DNA from: Alphaproteobacteria bacterium
GTDB taxonomy: Bacteria; Pseudomonadota; Alphaproteobacteria; Puniceispirillales; Puniceispirillaceae
Direction: 5' to 3'
DNA length: 64,000 nt
Assembly (NCBI GenBank): GCA_018666135.1
Contig: JABJAN010000011.1
Coordinates: 4,394 to 68,393, forward strand
Shown: piece by piece, positions 8,059-18,777 of the stretch
Layout of the letters: every line of letters begins with the position of its first letter
How positions within the stretch are numbered: position 1 is the stretch's first letter
Program-made: the position numbers and the translations under genes
Notes under the pieces: generated by a model
Databases searched by the model: none
What the model was told of the DNA's origin: nothing
Seen by the model: the letters and a program-made list of their open reading frames with translations, nothing else

Positions 8059-9651
8059 ATGTCTGAATCTATTCTGCCAATTCGCCGTGCCTTGATATCT
8101 GTTTCTGATAAAACAGGACTTATAATTCTTGCTAACGCTCTTCGTACTGCAGGCGTTACACTCCTATCAACGGGAGGCACAGCGAAGAGCCTACGAGAGG
8201 CTGGGTTTGATGTTACTGATGTATCAGATGTTACTGGATTTCCAGAAATAATGGATGGACGTGTGAAAACACTTCACCCAGCTATTCATGGTGGTTTGTT
8301 AGCAAAACGAGATAAACAGGAACATATGAGTGCTATTGCCGAGCACCAAATAGAGCCTATTGATTTGCTTGTTGTGAATTTATATCCCTTTGAGCAGGTT
8401 GTTGCTAAGGGTGCAGATAATCAGACGGCAATTGAAAATATTGATATTGGTGGTCCTGCGATGATACGTGCATCTGCTAAAAACCATGATTTTGTGACAG
8501 TAATCACCTCTCCAGAGCAATATTCATCTTTGATTGATGTGTTGTCTGAGCATTCTGGGACTAGTATTGGTTTTCGTCGCTCTCTTGCGCAACAAGCATT
8601 TGCGCGCACATCTGCCTATGACCATGCAATAGCACTGTGGATGTCATCTCATCTTGATACAGGCAAATATTCAAAATCTAAGCCAGATTTATATATTCAA
8701 GCTCCTGCTATTCAAACACTAAGATATGGCGAGAACCCGCATCAAACAGCTGCAATATATGCCACGGATTTATCAACTCCTTCTGTTCTGACTGCCAAAC
8801 AAATACAAGGAAAACCGTTATCTTATAATAATGTAAACGACACGGATGCTGCTCTGAGACTTGTATGTGAATTCTCTGGACCAACGATTGCCATTATCAA
8901 ACATGCAAACCCTTGTGGGGTAGCAACAGCAGCCAGGCTTCAAGATGCATGGCAAGAGGCATATTTGTGCGATACGGTAAGCGCTTTTGGCGGCATTGTT
9001 GCCTCAAATACCACTATCGATGAAGACACAGCTCGCTCCATTACATCCATCTTTAGTGAGGTGGTAATCGCCCCAGATGCGACAAGCAAGGCATGTGAGA
9101 TATTATCACAAAAACCAAATATTCGTCTGCTGTTAACAGGTAGCCTGCCAGATCCAACAGTTTCATTTTCACAAGTCCGGACAATTCTCGGGGGATATCT
9201 TGTGCAATCACGAGATACCGCAATTATAACAGAAGCTGATTTAACTATCACTACGAAAAGGCAACCATCCCCAAAAGAAGTGGCAGATATGCTGTTTGCC
9301 TGGAAAATTGCAAAACACGTTAAATCTAACGCAATTATCTATGTTAAAGACCAAATTACTGCGGCGATAGGTGCTGGTCAGATGAGCCGTCTTGATTCTA
9401 GCAGAATCGCAGCTCAAAAGGCACGAGATATGGCACAAGAACATGGCTGGCAGCAGCCAAGAACGGTTGGTTCTGCAGTAGCATCTGACGCGTTTTTTCC
9501 ATTTCCTGATGGGCTTCTATCCGCAGTTGAAGCTGGCGCAACAGCCGTTATTCAACCTGGTGGCTCTATGCGAGATGATGCCGTTATTAAAGCTGCTGAT
9601 GAAGCTGGTATCACGATGGCATTTACTGGCATCAGACATTTTAATCATTAA
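8059..9651 (+). CDS. purH: Bifunctional AICAR transformylase / IMP cyclohydrolase
   Basis: 530 aa with an MGS-like N-terminus ([10 protein letters not shown]), KTLHP..HGG, and the C-terminal GGSMRD..FTG.RHF.H motif. Confidence 0.95.
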   Translation: MSESILPIRRALISVSDKTGLIILANALRTAGVTLLSTGGTAKSLREAGFDVTDVSDVTGFPEIMDGRVKTLHPAIHGGLLAKRDKQEHMSAIAEHQIEPIDLLVVNLYPFEQVVAKGADNQTAIENIDIGGPAMIRASAKNHDFVTVITSPEQYSSLIDVLSEHSGTSIGFRRSLAQQAFARTSAYDHAIALWMSSHLDTGKYSKSKPDLYIQAPAIQTLRYGENPHQTAAIYATDLSTPSVLTAKQIQGKPLSYNNVNDTDAALRLVCEFSGPTIAIIKHANPCGVATAARLQDAWQEAYLCDTVSAFGGIVASNTTIDEDTARSITSIFSEVVIAPDATSKACEILSQKPNIRLLLTGSLPDPTVSFSQVRTILGGYLVQSRDTAIITEADLTITTKRQPSPKEVADMLFAWKIAKHVKSNAIIYVKDQITAAIGAGQMSRLDSSRIAAQKARDMAQEHGWQQPRTVGSAVASDAFFPFPDGLLSAVEAGATAVIQPGGSMRDDAVIKAADEAGITMAFTGIRHFNH

Positions 9652-9752
9652 CCATATTTGATCCCACATATGGATTAGGGGCGTAATTAGGCAATTTAAT
9701 CACACGCAGAGCCACACTCAGAGCCACAATAGTATCCTAACTCTATTATGAA

Positions 9753-10868
9753 TCAGAGATGCTGGCGTGCGAGATGTAACGATTTTTGCATTAATTTTGG
9801 CAAATGCAAATCATTCTCAGCTATCCATTCAAACTTCTGTTGTTTAATTATATCTTCTTCTGCATTACCAAGCGCATCCCAGCTTGAAAAATCAACTGTT
9901 TCATATTCTGCTAAAAACACCTGTAATTCAGCCCTAAAATGAGTGAATATATGTTTTATAGCGGGCTTTAATGTAATCCATCCAGCCTTGACTGGTCGCC
10001 AATTTATATCAAATTTCTGTAATTTATCATCCCAGCCTTGGCTAGGAAAGGCTAATAACCCACCAAGCAATCCTTTATCATCTCGTCGGTATACAAGAAA
10101 CTCGCTGATATCACCCTGTTTGCGTCTTAGTATAAATATCTGCCCTTGACGTGTTGGCTTTAGCTTTTTTATTGGTCTATTTGGTAATTTTTCTGGATTG
10201 TCTGATTTTGCAGATATGCATCCTGTGTTAAGAGGGCAATCCTTGCAAATTGGTGCTGATGAGGTGCAAAACTGATTCCCAAGATCCATCAGAGCCTGCG
10301 GAAAATCAGAATTTTTTTGCAACGGCATTAGCTTTTTATAATATTCTGGTAACTCTGATTTTAAAGCAGGTAATCTAGTCTTTAGGTTAAAATATCGCGC
10401 TACTATCCTCTCAATATTTCCATCAATTACAATGGCAGGTTTATCGAATGCAAATGCGGCAATAGCGCCTGCAGTATAAGGACCAACACCTGGTAAAACG
10501 AGTAGCTCTGAAATTGTTTGCGGGAACACGCCCCCCTGCTGACTAATTATTTTTGCCGTTTTATGCATATTTCTTGCTCTGGCATAATAGCCAAGACCAG
10601 CCCAAGCCGCCGTTACATCATCAACAGATGCTGTTGCAAGATTATGTATTGTTGGCCAGCGTTCTATAAAATTTTTAAAATAGGGTATGACCGTGCTTAC
10701 ACCCGTTTGTTGAAGCATGAATTCGGATAAAAACACATGATAGGCAGATGTTAATTCTGGCCAATAAGAACGCCAAGGCAATTTACGCCCTGCAAGATGA
10801 TACCATGCCAATAATTCAGATATATCACTTTGAATTATGTCCGTATGTATCTGCAAATTATTACTCAC
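9753..10868 (-). CDS. mutY: A/G-specific adenine DNA glycosylase
   Basis: HhH-GPD domain (LPGVGPYTAGAIA), 4Fe-4S cluster loop C..C..C..C (CTSSAPICKDCPLNTGC), and a NUDIX-like C-terminal domain. Confidence 0.9.
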   Translation of the reverse strand: MSNNLQIHTDIIQSDISELLAWYHLAGRKLPWRSYWPELTSAYHVFLSEFMLQQTGVSTVIPYFKNFIERWPTIHNLATASVDDVTAAWAGLGYYARARNMHKTAKIISQQGGVFPQTISELLVLPGVGPYTAGAIAAFAFDKPAIVIDGNIERIVARYFNLKTRLPALKSELPEYYKKLMPLQKNSDFPQALMDLGNQFCTSSAPICKDCPLNTGCISAKSDNPEKLPNRPIKKLKPTRQGQIFILRRKQGDISEFLVYRRDDKGLLGGLLAFPSQGWDDKLQKFDINWRPVKAGWITLKPAIKHIFTHFRAELQVFLAEYETVDFSSWDALGNAEEDIIKQQKFEWIAENDLHLPKLMQKSLHLARQHL

Positions 10869-10961
10869 TAAGATTAAAAATCAAATAAAGCATCTCAGTG
10901 AAGATGCGTTAATTTTACTATGAATACCAGTTAAAATAAGCGTATAAAAAACTAATCCGTA

Positions 10962-11495
10962 ATGAAAGGTCTGCGCATGAAAAAATCTTTATCGCATGAA
11001 AAAAAACGGGGCGGAATGAAGCGATTATCCTCTCTAACTGAACCTGTCATAGCCACCGCAACTAATAATCAGGGCGCTCTATATACACAAATCTGCAGCC
11101 TTTGGCCAGATATTGCGGGCGAAATGGCAGTTTGGAGCTACCCAAAAAATTTAACCTTCGCAAAATCTACACGCCATAATGGTAATCTTGCAATCTGGGT
11201 TATTGCTGGACGCGGACCAGAAGCACAAGCAAGAAGCCAAGAATTAGTAAATGCAATTAACAGGGTATGCGGATTTAAAGCTGTTAGCAGGCTTACCTGC
11301 CAGCAAACCTTTGAGCTATCTGATAAAATGGGTAGCCTCAAAAATAAAAAAACTGCTGCTACATCTCATTCGATGCAGACTGAACCAGACCCGATGGTTC
11401 TTAACCTCTTAGAACAACAAACAAATGATATCTCTAGTCCAGAATTACGAGCAACTCTTATTAAACTTGGCAGAACCATTGCTGCAAAAAAATAG
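10962..11495 (+). CDS. DUF721 domain protein
   Basis: Divergent from mutY and upstream of dsbA-smc, as in other alphaproteobacteria. The start is uncertain; an internal Met at residue 19 is possible. Confidence 0.5.
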   Translation: MKGLRMKKSLSHEKKRGGMKRLSSLTEPVIATATNNQGALYTQICSLWPDIAGEMAVWSYPKNLTFAKSTRHNGNLAIWVIAGRGPEAQARSQELVNAINRVCGFKAVSRLTCQQTFELSDKMGSLKNKKTAATSHSMQTEPDPMVLNLLEQQTNDISSPELRATLIKLGRTIAAKK

Positions 11496-11636
11496 CCTTA
11501 AAAATTGTGGCTATAATTTAAATTAATTATTCCGTTTTCATAATCTTGCCATCATTATGAGCTTTCTTTACTTGCAAGCAATTATTTAAATTTCTATATT
11601 ACTGAGTCAAAACAACAATTTTCTGAAAGACATGGC

Positions 11637-12326
11637 ATGAGCTCTAAAAACATTTTTCCACAAGACCAGATAACCCGCTCTGAAATGTTACAGAGTAGCA
11701 ATAGGCGGGATTGGCTAAAATATATGGGCGCCAGCATGACTTTTGCTAGCTTTGCACTGATGTTTCCTGCCTCCAGTTTTGCGACAACAAACCAATCACT
11801 TGATCACATATCCAAACCGCGTTTTCTTGGCGAGCCAGATGCGCCAATTCACATTGTAGAATATTTTTCTATGACATGCGGTCATTGTGGCGATTTTCAC
11901 AATAATACATTTCCAAATGTAAAATCAAAAATGATTGATACAGGGAAAGTAAAATTTGAGTTATCTCCTTTTCCATTGGATGGTCTTGCCCTGCGCGCGC
12001 ATGCTCTTGCACGGGCACTTCCAGAAAATAAGTATTTTGGAATGATAACGTTACTTATGAACAAGCAAAATGAGTGGATGAGAGCTGATGATCCTCTTAA
12101 GACGTTATATCGTTTCGGACAGCTTGCTGGTGTATCAGCAGACGACTTTAATGGATTGATGCAAAACAGATCATTACTTGAAAAAATTGTTGAGATGAGA
12201 GAGCTTGGCTCCACTAAATGGCAAATTAATGCAACTCCTTCTTTTGTCGTTAATAACAAAAAAGTAATTAGTGGAAATAAAACTTTTGATGAATTTAGCG
12301 CTGAGCTTGCAGAGTTTGGCATTTAG
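11637..12326 (+). CDS. DsbA-family periplasmic thiol:disulfide oxidoreductase with a Tat-like leader
   Basis: Thioredoxin-fold CxxC motif (FSMTCGHCGDFH) and the leader SNRRDWLKYMGASMTFASFALMFPASSFA. Confidence 0.85.
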   Translation: MSSKNIFPQDQITRSEMLQSSNRRDWLKYMGASMTFASFALMFPASSFATTNQSLDHISKPRFLGEPDAPIHIVEYFSMTCGHCGDFHNNTFPNVKSKMIDTGKVKFELSPFPLDGLALRAHALARALPENKYFGMITLLMNKQNEWMRADDPLKTLYRFGQLAGVSADDFNGLMQNRSLLEKIVEMRELGSTKWQINATPSFVVNNKKVISGNKTFDEFSAELAEFGI

Positions 12327-12416
12327 CGTTTCTGTGTGATTATTCTTATCCAAATGCATAATAACAGAGTGACCAATAACTTATTCTCATAGATTAGAAA
12401 ATTTAGTATTAAACCA

Positions 12417-15400
12417 ATGATGTTTCGTCACTTAAAAATCGCAGGATTTAAGTCGTTTGCAGACACTGCTGAACTGGATATCGAAACTGGTTTAACAGGA
12501 ATCATTGGTCCTAATGGATGTGGTAAGTCAAATATTGTTGAAGCATTGCGTTGGGTAATGGGGGAGAGTTCTGCACGTCAAATGCGAAGCACAGAAATGG
12601 ATGATGTGATTTTTGCTGGCACCTCTTCTAAATCTGCTCGAAACCTAGCTGAAATAACGCTTATGCTGGATAATCAGAGTAAGCAGGCTCCTGCAGAATA
12701 TAATGATAAAGACGAAATTGAAATCACTCGTAAAATTATCAGAGGCAAAGGTACCAACTATCGAATAAATAATCGACCTGTAAGAGCTCGTGATGTCCAA
12801 CTTCTTTTTGCAGATACCGCAACAGGCGCTCGATCTGCTGGTATTGTAAGCCAAGGGCGAATTGGTGCTATTGTTGGCGCAAAACCTGAAGATAGACGCA
12901 GCCTGCTTGAAGAAGCTGCTAATATTAAAGGCCTTCACCAGCGCAAACATGAAGCCGAGCTTAGACTAAATAATGCCGAATTAAATATCTCTAGACTAGT
13001 TGATTTGATGACTCAGCTAGAGGAACAAAAAACCTATTTACAAAAACAAGCCAGGCAAGCCGCAAGATATCGATCCGTTGCAGATAGAATACGCAATGCC
13101 GAAGCAAGTCTTCTGCATGCATTATGGATTACCGCGAGCCATGACCAGCAGAATGCACAAGCTGCCTATAGTCAAGCGCAACAGACGGTCTCAGACGTTC
13201 AGCTAATGGTAAATGCTAGCACACAAAATCGTGTTGAAATTGCAGCCACGCTGCCTAATTACCGTCAAGCTGAGGCTTCTCTTGCAGCTGAAACTCAACA
13301 TATCCATACAACCCTATCTCAAATAGAAAGAGATGAAGCAAGACTAGGTGATGAAATCCTTAGATTGCAGGCTCAACGATCTCAAATTGATACTGATTCG
13401 CAACGTGAATCTGCGTTACAAAAAGATGCAGATGCAGCAAAGCAAAAACTAAATGAAGAAGCAAAGCAATTAGAAGAATCAGAAAAACAAAATGCGCCTA
13501 TGCTGGCGCTGGCGCAGTCTTCCCTTGAAAAAGCAAAACAAGAAAATCAACAAGCAGATGCAAAGGCGGCAGAAGCTAATGCACTATTACAAAATTTAGC
13601 TCAATATCAGTCCCAGCTTAAAACACAGATGAGCCAAAAACAGTCTCTCATTACCCAATCCTCAGATAAATTAAATCAATTAGACTTAGAACAACTCAGC
13701 CAATTAACCACCAGTCAACGCACAGAATTACATAGGCTAGAAACAACACAAAATGCCCTACAAGCACAGCTGAATACACAGTCAGAACTGCTTACTAGTT
13801 TACAATCAAAAAAACAGGATGCGTACGAAACCTTTCAAACAGCAACTACTTATTTAGCAAGATTAACAGCAGAAAAAGATGCTCTTGAAAATCTAATACA
13901 ATCTGAAAGTAATGCTGCAGATTTGCCTGTTTTAGACAAGCTATCTGTATCTGAAAATATGGAAGCTGCTCTTGCTGCATGCCTTGCTGACGCTTTGCGT
14001 TTACCTCTTGATGCTGGCGATGATGGATATTGGCAATCGCAGATGCCATCTCTTTCTTCTCTTACACCGCCTGACGAGGGCACGCCCTTAACTCACTATT
14101 TATCAGGACCAAATACTATAATCAGAGCACTTCAAGGCGTGAGCGTCGTATCTGAAGAGAATATAAATGCAGATAAAATATCCAAATTAAAGGTTGGGCA
14201 GGCTCTGGTAACACAATCTGGAAAATTAGCCCGCTGGGATGGCTTAGTGCGCCTTAAGCAAGATACAGGCGCACAGAGAATACGCCAATCACAACGTCTA
14301 AAAGAACTTGGCCTGCTGATTAAAAAAGCCCAATCAGATCTAACAAACAAAACTCAAGAGCAGCAAAAGAGCGAAGAAGCATTTCTATCTTCCAGTAATA
14401 ATTCAAAAGAATTGCAACAAAAACAACAGGATTTAAGTAAGCAAATCACTCAGATACAAAGAGAAGGTGATGCCTCAGAGCTTGCTTTGAAATCAGCTAC
14501 AGAGCGTCATCAAACACTCCTGCAAACCATTCAAGAAGCAACGTCGGAATTAGATGAATTAAATTTAAATATGGCAAAGATTGAGGATTTTAGCTCTCTT
14601 GAAAATGCAGCGAATACCGCAAATGAGGCAGCGGCTGCATCTAGAAATTATTATAATGAGTGCGTTCAAAAAGAAGCTGATTTACGACAAACATTTCAAA
14701 CTATCTCTCAGCGACGCACGCTTTTAATCTCACAAGCAGATGAATGGCAGGCTAGACTAGATGGAACTCAGTCAAGAATGCTGGAAATGCAAGCCAGAGC
14801 CGAGAAGGCTATGCAAGAATTAACTGCCCTTCAAGCAAAACCAGAGCAGTTAAAAAAAGAAAGACTTGAATTAGCTTCGTTACTTGCAAATGCAAAAGAA
14901 AAACATGAGCAATCCATTACCAAAGTTAAAGAGGCTGAGGTAAAATTACAACAAGCTGACAGCCAGCAACGTGCAGATGAAAAACAACTGGCAGAAGCAC
15001 GAGAGCAACAAATAAGATGTGAGGCGATAGAATCCCAAGCGAAACAAACAATCAGAACTCTTACAAACCGAATTTCTGAAAAACTTTCCGTTTCACCAGC
15101 AGAACTCTCGGAAATTACAAATTTTTCACACCACCAAGACCTGCCGCCTCAACAGCAGTTAGAAGATAGGCTGAATCGGCTTCTGCGTGAGCGTGATAGC
15201 ATTGGCCCTGTAAATCTACGGGCGGAGATAGAGATGCAGGAAATAAGTGAAAAACTCGCTCAATTTGAAACAGATAAAACTGATTTAGAAGAAGCTATTG
15301 CTAAACTCCGCCGCGCAATTTCTGAACTGAATAAAGAAGCAAGGCAGCGACTTTTAGATAGCCTAACACAAGTGAATAAAGAATTTTCAATTCTGTTTCA

Positions 15401-15827
15401 GACGTTATTTGGAGGCGGAAGTGCTGAGTTAAAACTCATAAATTCAGATGACCCGTTAACAGCTGGTCTTGAAATTCTTGCTAGTCCTCCTGGCAAAAAA
15501 CTGCAATCCTTATCTTTATTATCTGGAGGCGAGCAAGCTCTAACAGGACTAGCTATTATATTCGCTGTTTTTCTTACAAACCCATCTCCCATTTGTATTT
15601 TAGATGAGGTGGATGCGCCACTAGATGATTCCAATGTCTCACGATTCTGTGATCTTCTGCGCCATATTGTATCTCAAACTCAGACAAAGTTTCTTGTCGT
15701 AACCCACCATCGAATGACCATGTCTCAGATGGACAGGCTTTATGGAGTAACCATGGCAGAACGCGGCATTAGTAAGCTGGTTTCTGTTGATTTACAAACC
15801 GCTGAAACACTCCGAGAAGATACTTAA
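12417..15827 (+). CDS. smc: Chromosome segregation protein SMC
   Basis: 1136 aa with Walker A GPNGCGKSN, long Q/E/A-rich coiled coils with a central hinge, signature LSGGEQALT and Walker B ILDEVDAPLD. Confidence 0.95.
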   Translation: MMFRHLKIAGFKSFADTAELDIETGLTGIIGPNGCGKSNIVEALRWVMGESSARQMRSTEMDDVIFAGTSSKSARNLAEITLMLDNQSKQAPAEYNDKDEIEITRKIIRGKGTNYRINNRPVRARDVQLLFADTATGARSAGIVSQGRIGAIVGAKPEDRRSLLEEAANIKGLHQRKHEAELRLNNAELNISRLVDLMTQLEEQKTYLQKQARQAARYRSVADRIRNAEASLLHALWITASHDQQNAQAAYSQAQQTVSDVQLMVNASTQNRVEIAATLPNYRQAEASLAAETQHIHTTLSQIERDEARLGDEILRLQAQRSQIDTDSQRESALQKDADAAKQKLNEEAKQLEESEKQNAPMLALAQSSLEKAKQENQQADAKAAEANALLQNLAQYQSQLKTQMSQKQSLITQSSDKLNQLDLEQLSQLTTSQRTELHRLETTQNALQAQLNTQSELLTSLQSKKQDAYETFQTATTYLARLTAEKDALENLIQSESNAADLPVLDKLSVSENMEAALAACLADALRLPLDAGDDGYWQSQMPSLSSLTPPDEGTPLTHYLSGPNTIIRALQGVSVVSEENINADKISKLKVGQALVTQSGKLARWDGLVRLKQDTGAQRIRQSQRLKELGLLIKKAQSDLTNKTQEQQKSEEAFLSSSNNSKELQQKQQDLSKQITQIQREGDASELALKSATERHQTLLQTIQEATSELDELNLNMAKIEDFSSLENAANTANEAAAASRNYYNECVQKEADLRQTFQTISQRRTLLISQADEWQARLDGTQSRMLEMQARAEKAMQELTALQAKPEQLKKERLELASLLANAKEKHEQSITKVKEAEVKLQQADSQQRADEKQLAEAREQQIRCEAIESQAKQTIRTLTNRISEKLSVSPAELSEITNFSHHQDLPPQQQLEDRLNRLLRERDSIGPVNLRAEIEMQEISEKLAQFETDKTDLEEAIAKLRRAISELNKEARQRLLDSLTQVNKEFSILFQTLFGGGSAELKLINSDDPLTAGLEILASPPGKKLQSLSLLSGGEQALTGLAIIFAVFLTNPSPICILDEVDAPLDDSNVSRFCDLLRHIVSQTQTKFLVVTHHRMTMSQMDRLYGVTMAERGISKLVSVDLQTAETLREDT

Positions 15828-15913
15828 ATTACGTGCATATAAGATAACAAAATAGGCATTTATTCTAACATCCAAAAAACCTTAAAACATTAACTGTAAT
15901 TAACGAGTTTAGC

Positions 15914-15942
15914 TTGACATTTTTGACAGTCATGCATAGTTT
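15914..15942 (+). promoter_or_regulatory. Candidate sigma70-type promoter of the atp F0 operon
   Basis: TTGACA-N17-TAGTTT lies about 87 nt upstream of the atpI GTG. This is a sequence match only. Confidence 0.3.
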
Positions 15943-16028
15943 CCAACCGTTTATTGCTTCATGGCTTATTTGTTTAAGATAAGCGTAAAAGCATAAATTA
16001 AGATTAGGCAGGTCAGTCAGGAAAAAAT

Positions 16029-16385
16029 GTGAGCGATAGCGAACAAAAGGATAGAGATAAAACAGACAAGACAAAATCTCTTTCTGAACGCATTGCTCAA
16101 TTTGAAGCTAAGACAACTCCTAACAGCCAAAAACGAAAATCCAGTCAGCTTCCTGCTGCTGGCGTTGCATTGGCTGGCAGGGTTGCAACCGAACTTGTTG
16201 CAGGGATTGCTGTTGGGGCATTCTTGGGCTGGCTGATAGATAAATGGCTTGGAACAACTCCTGCATTTATGTTGGTTTTGTTCTTCTTAGGGGCTGCTGG
16301 CGGTGTTATGAACATCTGGCGGTTACTAACTGGACGAGGAATGGGCGCTGGATATTTTGGCGACCATAGAGAAAACAAAGACTAA
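16029..16385 (+). CDS. atpI: ATP synthase protein I (AtpI/assembly protein)
   Basis: 118 aa with a GTG start and two hydrophobic helices (GIAVGAFLGWLIDKWLGTTP..). It sits immediately upstream of atpB. Confidence 0.75.
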   Translation: MSDSEQKDRDKTDKTKSLSERIAQFEAKTTPNSQKRKSSQLPAAGVALAGRVATELVAGIAVGAFLGWLIDKWLGTTPAFMLVLFFLGAAGGVMNIWRLLTGRGMGAGYFGDHRENKD

Positions 16386-16467
16386 GAGACATCAAGTGAT
16401 GGTTCTGAGGATAAAAAATAAATATTGGATAATACATCCTGGAAGCTGTGTTAAATAGGAGTTAAGT

Positions 16468-17211
16468 GTGCATTCACCTGTCGAACAATTTACCATCAAA
16501 GCGTTATATGCGCTTAGTTTGTTTGGTTATGATATTTCGTTTACTAATTCCAGTTTATTTATGGTGCTAGCCGTTTTAGTAAGCTCTGGCTTGCTTTTGA
16601 TTGCAATGCGTCCAGCTTCAATAATTCCGGGCAGACTGCAATGCTTTGCTGAGATGATGTATGAGTTTGTTGCCAATATTCTAGACTCTAATGTGGGTAA
16701 AGAAGGAAAGCCATATTTCCCATTCATTTTCACTCTGTTCTTATTTATATTATTTTCAAATCTGCTTGGACTTATTCCATATAGCTATACGGTTACTAGC
16801 CAGATTATTGTTACATTTGCGATGGCATTTACTATTTTCATCGGCGTAACATTAATTGGCATTTTCAAGCATGGTTTACATTTCTTCTCATTTTTCGTTC
16901 CACCAGGCGCATCCAAACCATTAATTCCTTTATTGGTTTTAATTGAGGTCATCTCATATTTAATCCGACCTGTTAGTTTGTCAGTACGACTTTTTGCAAA
17001 CATGCTTGCTGGACACACAATGTTAAAAGTATTTGCCGGATTAGCGGTAATGATGAGCGGCGCTGGCGGTGTTATGGTTGCTGGTTCTGCTCTTCCGTTA
17101 ATTGCGATTATTGGTCTAACTGGGTTGGAACTATTGGTCGCATTATTACAAGCTTATGTGTTTACAATTTTGACTTGTATGTATTTAAATGACGCGTTAC
17201 ACCTTCACTAG
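16468..17211 (+). CDS. atpB: F0F1 ATP synthase subunit a
   Basis: Polytopic membrane protein with the conserved Arg motif LSVRLFANMLAGH. Confidence 0.95.
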   Translation: MHSPVEQFTIKALYALSLFGYDISFTNSSLFMVLAVLVSSGLLLIAMRPASIIPGRLQCFAEMMYEFVANILDSNVGKEGKPYFPFIFTLFLFILFSNLLGLIPYSYTVTSQIIVTFAMAFTIFIGVTLIGIFKHGLHFFSFFVPPGASKPLIPLLVLIEVISYLIRPVSLSVRLFANMLAGHTMLKVFAGLAVMMSGAGGVMVAGSALPLIAIIGLTGLELLVALLQAYVFTILTCMYLNDALHLH

Positions 17212-17279
17212 ATTTAACGCTAATTAACCGACTCAAAAAAGGGTCAAACAAAAACTTTAATTTATAAAAGGATAAAAAA

Positions 17280-17507
17280 ATGGAAGCTGAAGCTGCAAAA
17301 TTATTAGGCGCAGGCATTGCTATGATCGCTCTTGCTGGTGTTGGTATTGGTATGGGTAACATTTTTGCTTCATTGATTAGTTCAATTGCTCGCAACCCTT
17401 CTGCAAGAGACGAAGTATTTGGCATTGGAATTCTTGGATTTGCTTTAACTGAAGCTATTGCGCTTTTCGCACTTGTTATTGCGCTATTACTTCTATTCGT
17501 ATTTTAA
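17280..17507 (+). CDS. atpE: F0F1 ATP synthase subunit c
   Basis: 75-aa hairpin with ARNPS in the loop and the proton-carrying Glu in [11 protein letters not shown]. Confidence 0.95.
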   Translation: MEAEAAKLLGAGIAMIALAGVGIGMGNIFASLISSIARNPSARDEVFGIGILGFALTEAIALFALVIALLLLFVF

Positions 17508-17606
17508 TCTGTAATTTTTGATTTAAATTTGTGGCAGGCTTAATCAGTTTATTCTGGATAGCCTGCCTAGATAAAACAAATATTACAAAACGAACAGAGT
17601 AAGATT

Positions 17607-18209
17607 ATGGTTGAACGAATTTCGATGATTTCAAAGTGGCTCGTAAGTGGCATGGCTTTAAGCCTTGTCTCCACTAGTGCTATCGCAGCTGGCGATAGTT
17701 CGGCAAAATCAGGAGGGCTTCCGCAATTAGATATTTCCACATGGCCGTCACAGCTTTTTTGGTTAATGGTAACTTTTCTAATTGGCTATGTGATCATATC
17801 ACGTCTTGTTACACCATCGATTTCCTCTGTACTTGAGAATAGATCTAATAAAATCTCTAGCGATATTGAAACTGCTAAAGAAGCGCAACAAAAAGCAAAA
17901 GATGTTTTTAATGCTTATGAAGCATCATTAAGCGATGCGCGTTCACAAGCAGCAAATGCAGCAGCAACAGCAATAGCAGAAGCTAAAGCAGATACTGTTT
18001 CTCGTGAGGCTGCTATCAATAAGAAAATTGTTGCAAGTACAAAAAAAGCAGAAGCAAAATTAGCTGAAATGAAAAACGAGGCACTGTCTTCTCTTGAAGA
18101 TTTGGCTGTTGAAACCTCGCAGCAAATCATTTCTCAACTGACCCCTATTAAAGCAACAAAAGCAGTTATTAAAAAGCATGTGAAAATTCATGCTAAACTG
18201 CAAAGCTAA
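17607..18209 (+). CDS. atpF2: F0F1 ATP synthase subunit b'
   Basis: GLPQLD..WPSQLFWL motif, a single TM helix and a long Ala/Lys/Glu helix. The order a-c-b'-b is typical of alphaproteobacteria. Confidence 0.85.
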   Translation: MVERISMISKWLVSGMALSLVSTSAIAAGDSSAKSGGLPQLDISTWPSQLFWLMVTFLIGYVIISRLVTPSISSVLENRSNKISSDIETAKEAQQKAKDVFNAYEASLSDARSQAANAAATAIAEAKADTVSREAAINKKIVASTKKAEAKLAEMKNEALSSLEDLAVETSQQIISQLTPIKATKAVIKKHVKIHAKLQS

Positions 18210-18221
18210 CGGAGCAATAAA

Positions 18222-18704
18222 ATGGTTTTTGATGAGTCTGCTTGGGTTGCATTAGGATTTATTATCTTTATTGCTATCGTATGGCGTAAAGTATCGGCTG
18301 CTTTATCTTCATTATTGGATAATAGAGCAGAAAAAATCAAAACAGAACTCAATGAAGCAGAGAATTTGCGCGCTGAAGCGCAAGCCGATTTAAAAAAATA
18401 TCAGAAACTTCAGAAAGAAGCAGTTGCTGATGCAAAGCGTATCGTGGCAGATGCACAAGCTGCTGCAGACAGAATCCGCGAAGCAGCTGCTGAAAAAGCA
18501 GAAGAGTCTATTAAACGGCGTGAAACGCAGGCTAAAGCAAAAATTGCTGCAGCTGAAGCTGCCGTAATTTCTGAGCTTCGAGATAGGGCAACTAGCCTTG
18601 CTATTTCTGCAAGTAAAGATGTGTTAGCAGCTGAGTTAGATGCCGACTTAAGCGCATCAATGATTGATAATTCACTATCGCAGATAACAGCTGCTAAATC
18701 TTAA
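18222..18704 (+). CDS. atpF: F0F1 ATP synthase subunit b
   Basis: 160 aa with an N-terminal TM helix followed by a charged A/E/K-rich helix. It is the last gene of the F0 operon. Confidence 0.9.
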   Translation: MVFDESAWVALGFIIFIAIVWRKVSAALSSLLDNRAEKIKTELNEAENLRAEAQADLKKYQKLQKEAVADAKRIVADAQAAADRIREAAAEKAEESIKRRETQAKAKIAAAEAAVISELRDRATSLAISASKDVLAAELDADLSASMIDNSLSQITAAKS

Positions 18705-18745
18705 TCAGCTGTATAATAGTTTATAGTTAATATATTTTTTTATTA

Positions 18746-18777
18746 AGCAAACCACTTTCATCTGGTTTGCTTTTTTT
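18746..18777 (+). terminator. Rho-independent terminator of the atp F0 operon
   Basis: 9-bp stem AGCAAACCA/TGGTTTGCT with an 8-nt loop, followed by a T7 run. The T run overlaps the stop codon of the convergent lipoprotein gene. Confidence 0.75.

Noticed and set aside
9707-9728. 10-nt direct repeat CAGAGCCACA x2 in the purH/mutY spacer, and a 6-bp hairpin at 9652..9673
   Set aside because: Both are too short and weak to separate from chance, and the hairpin has no T run.
12960-15200. Apparent low-complexity or repetitive Q/A/E/K-rich coding sequence in smc
   Set aside because: This is the expected heptad-type composition of the SMC coiled-coil arms. No DNA-level tandem repeat is seen.
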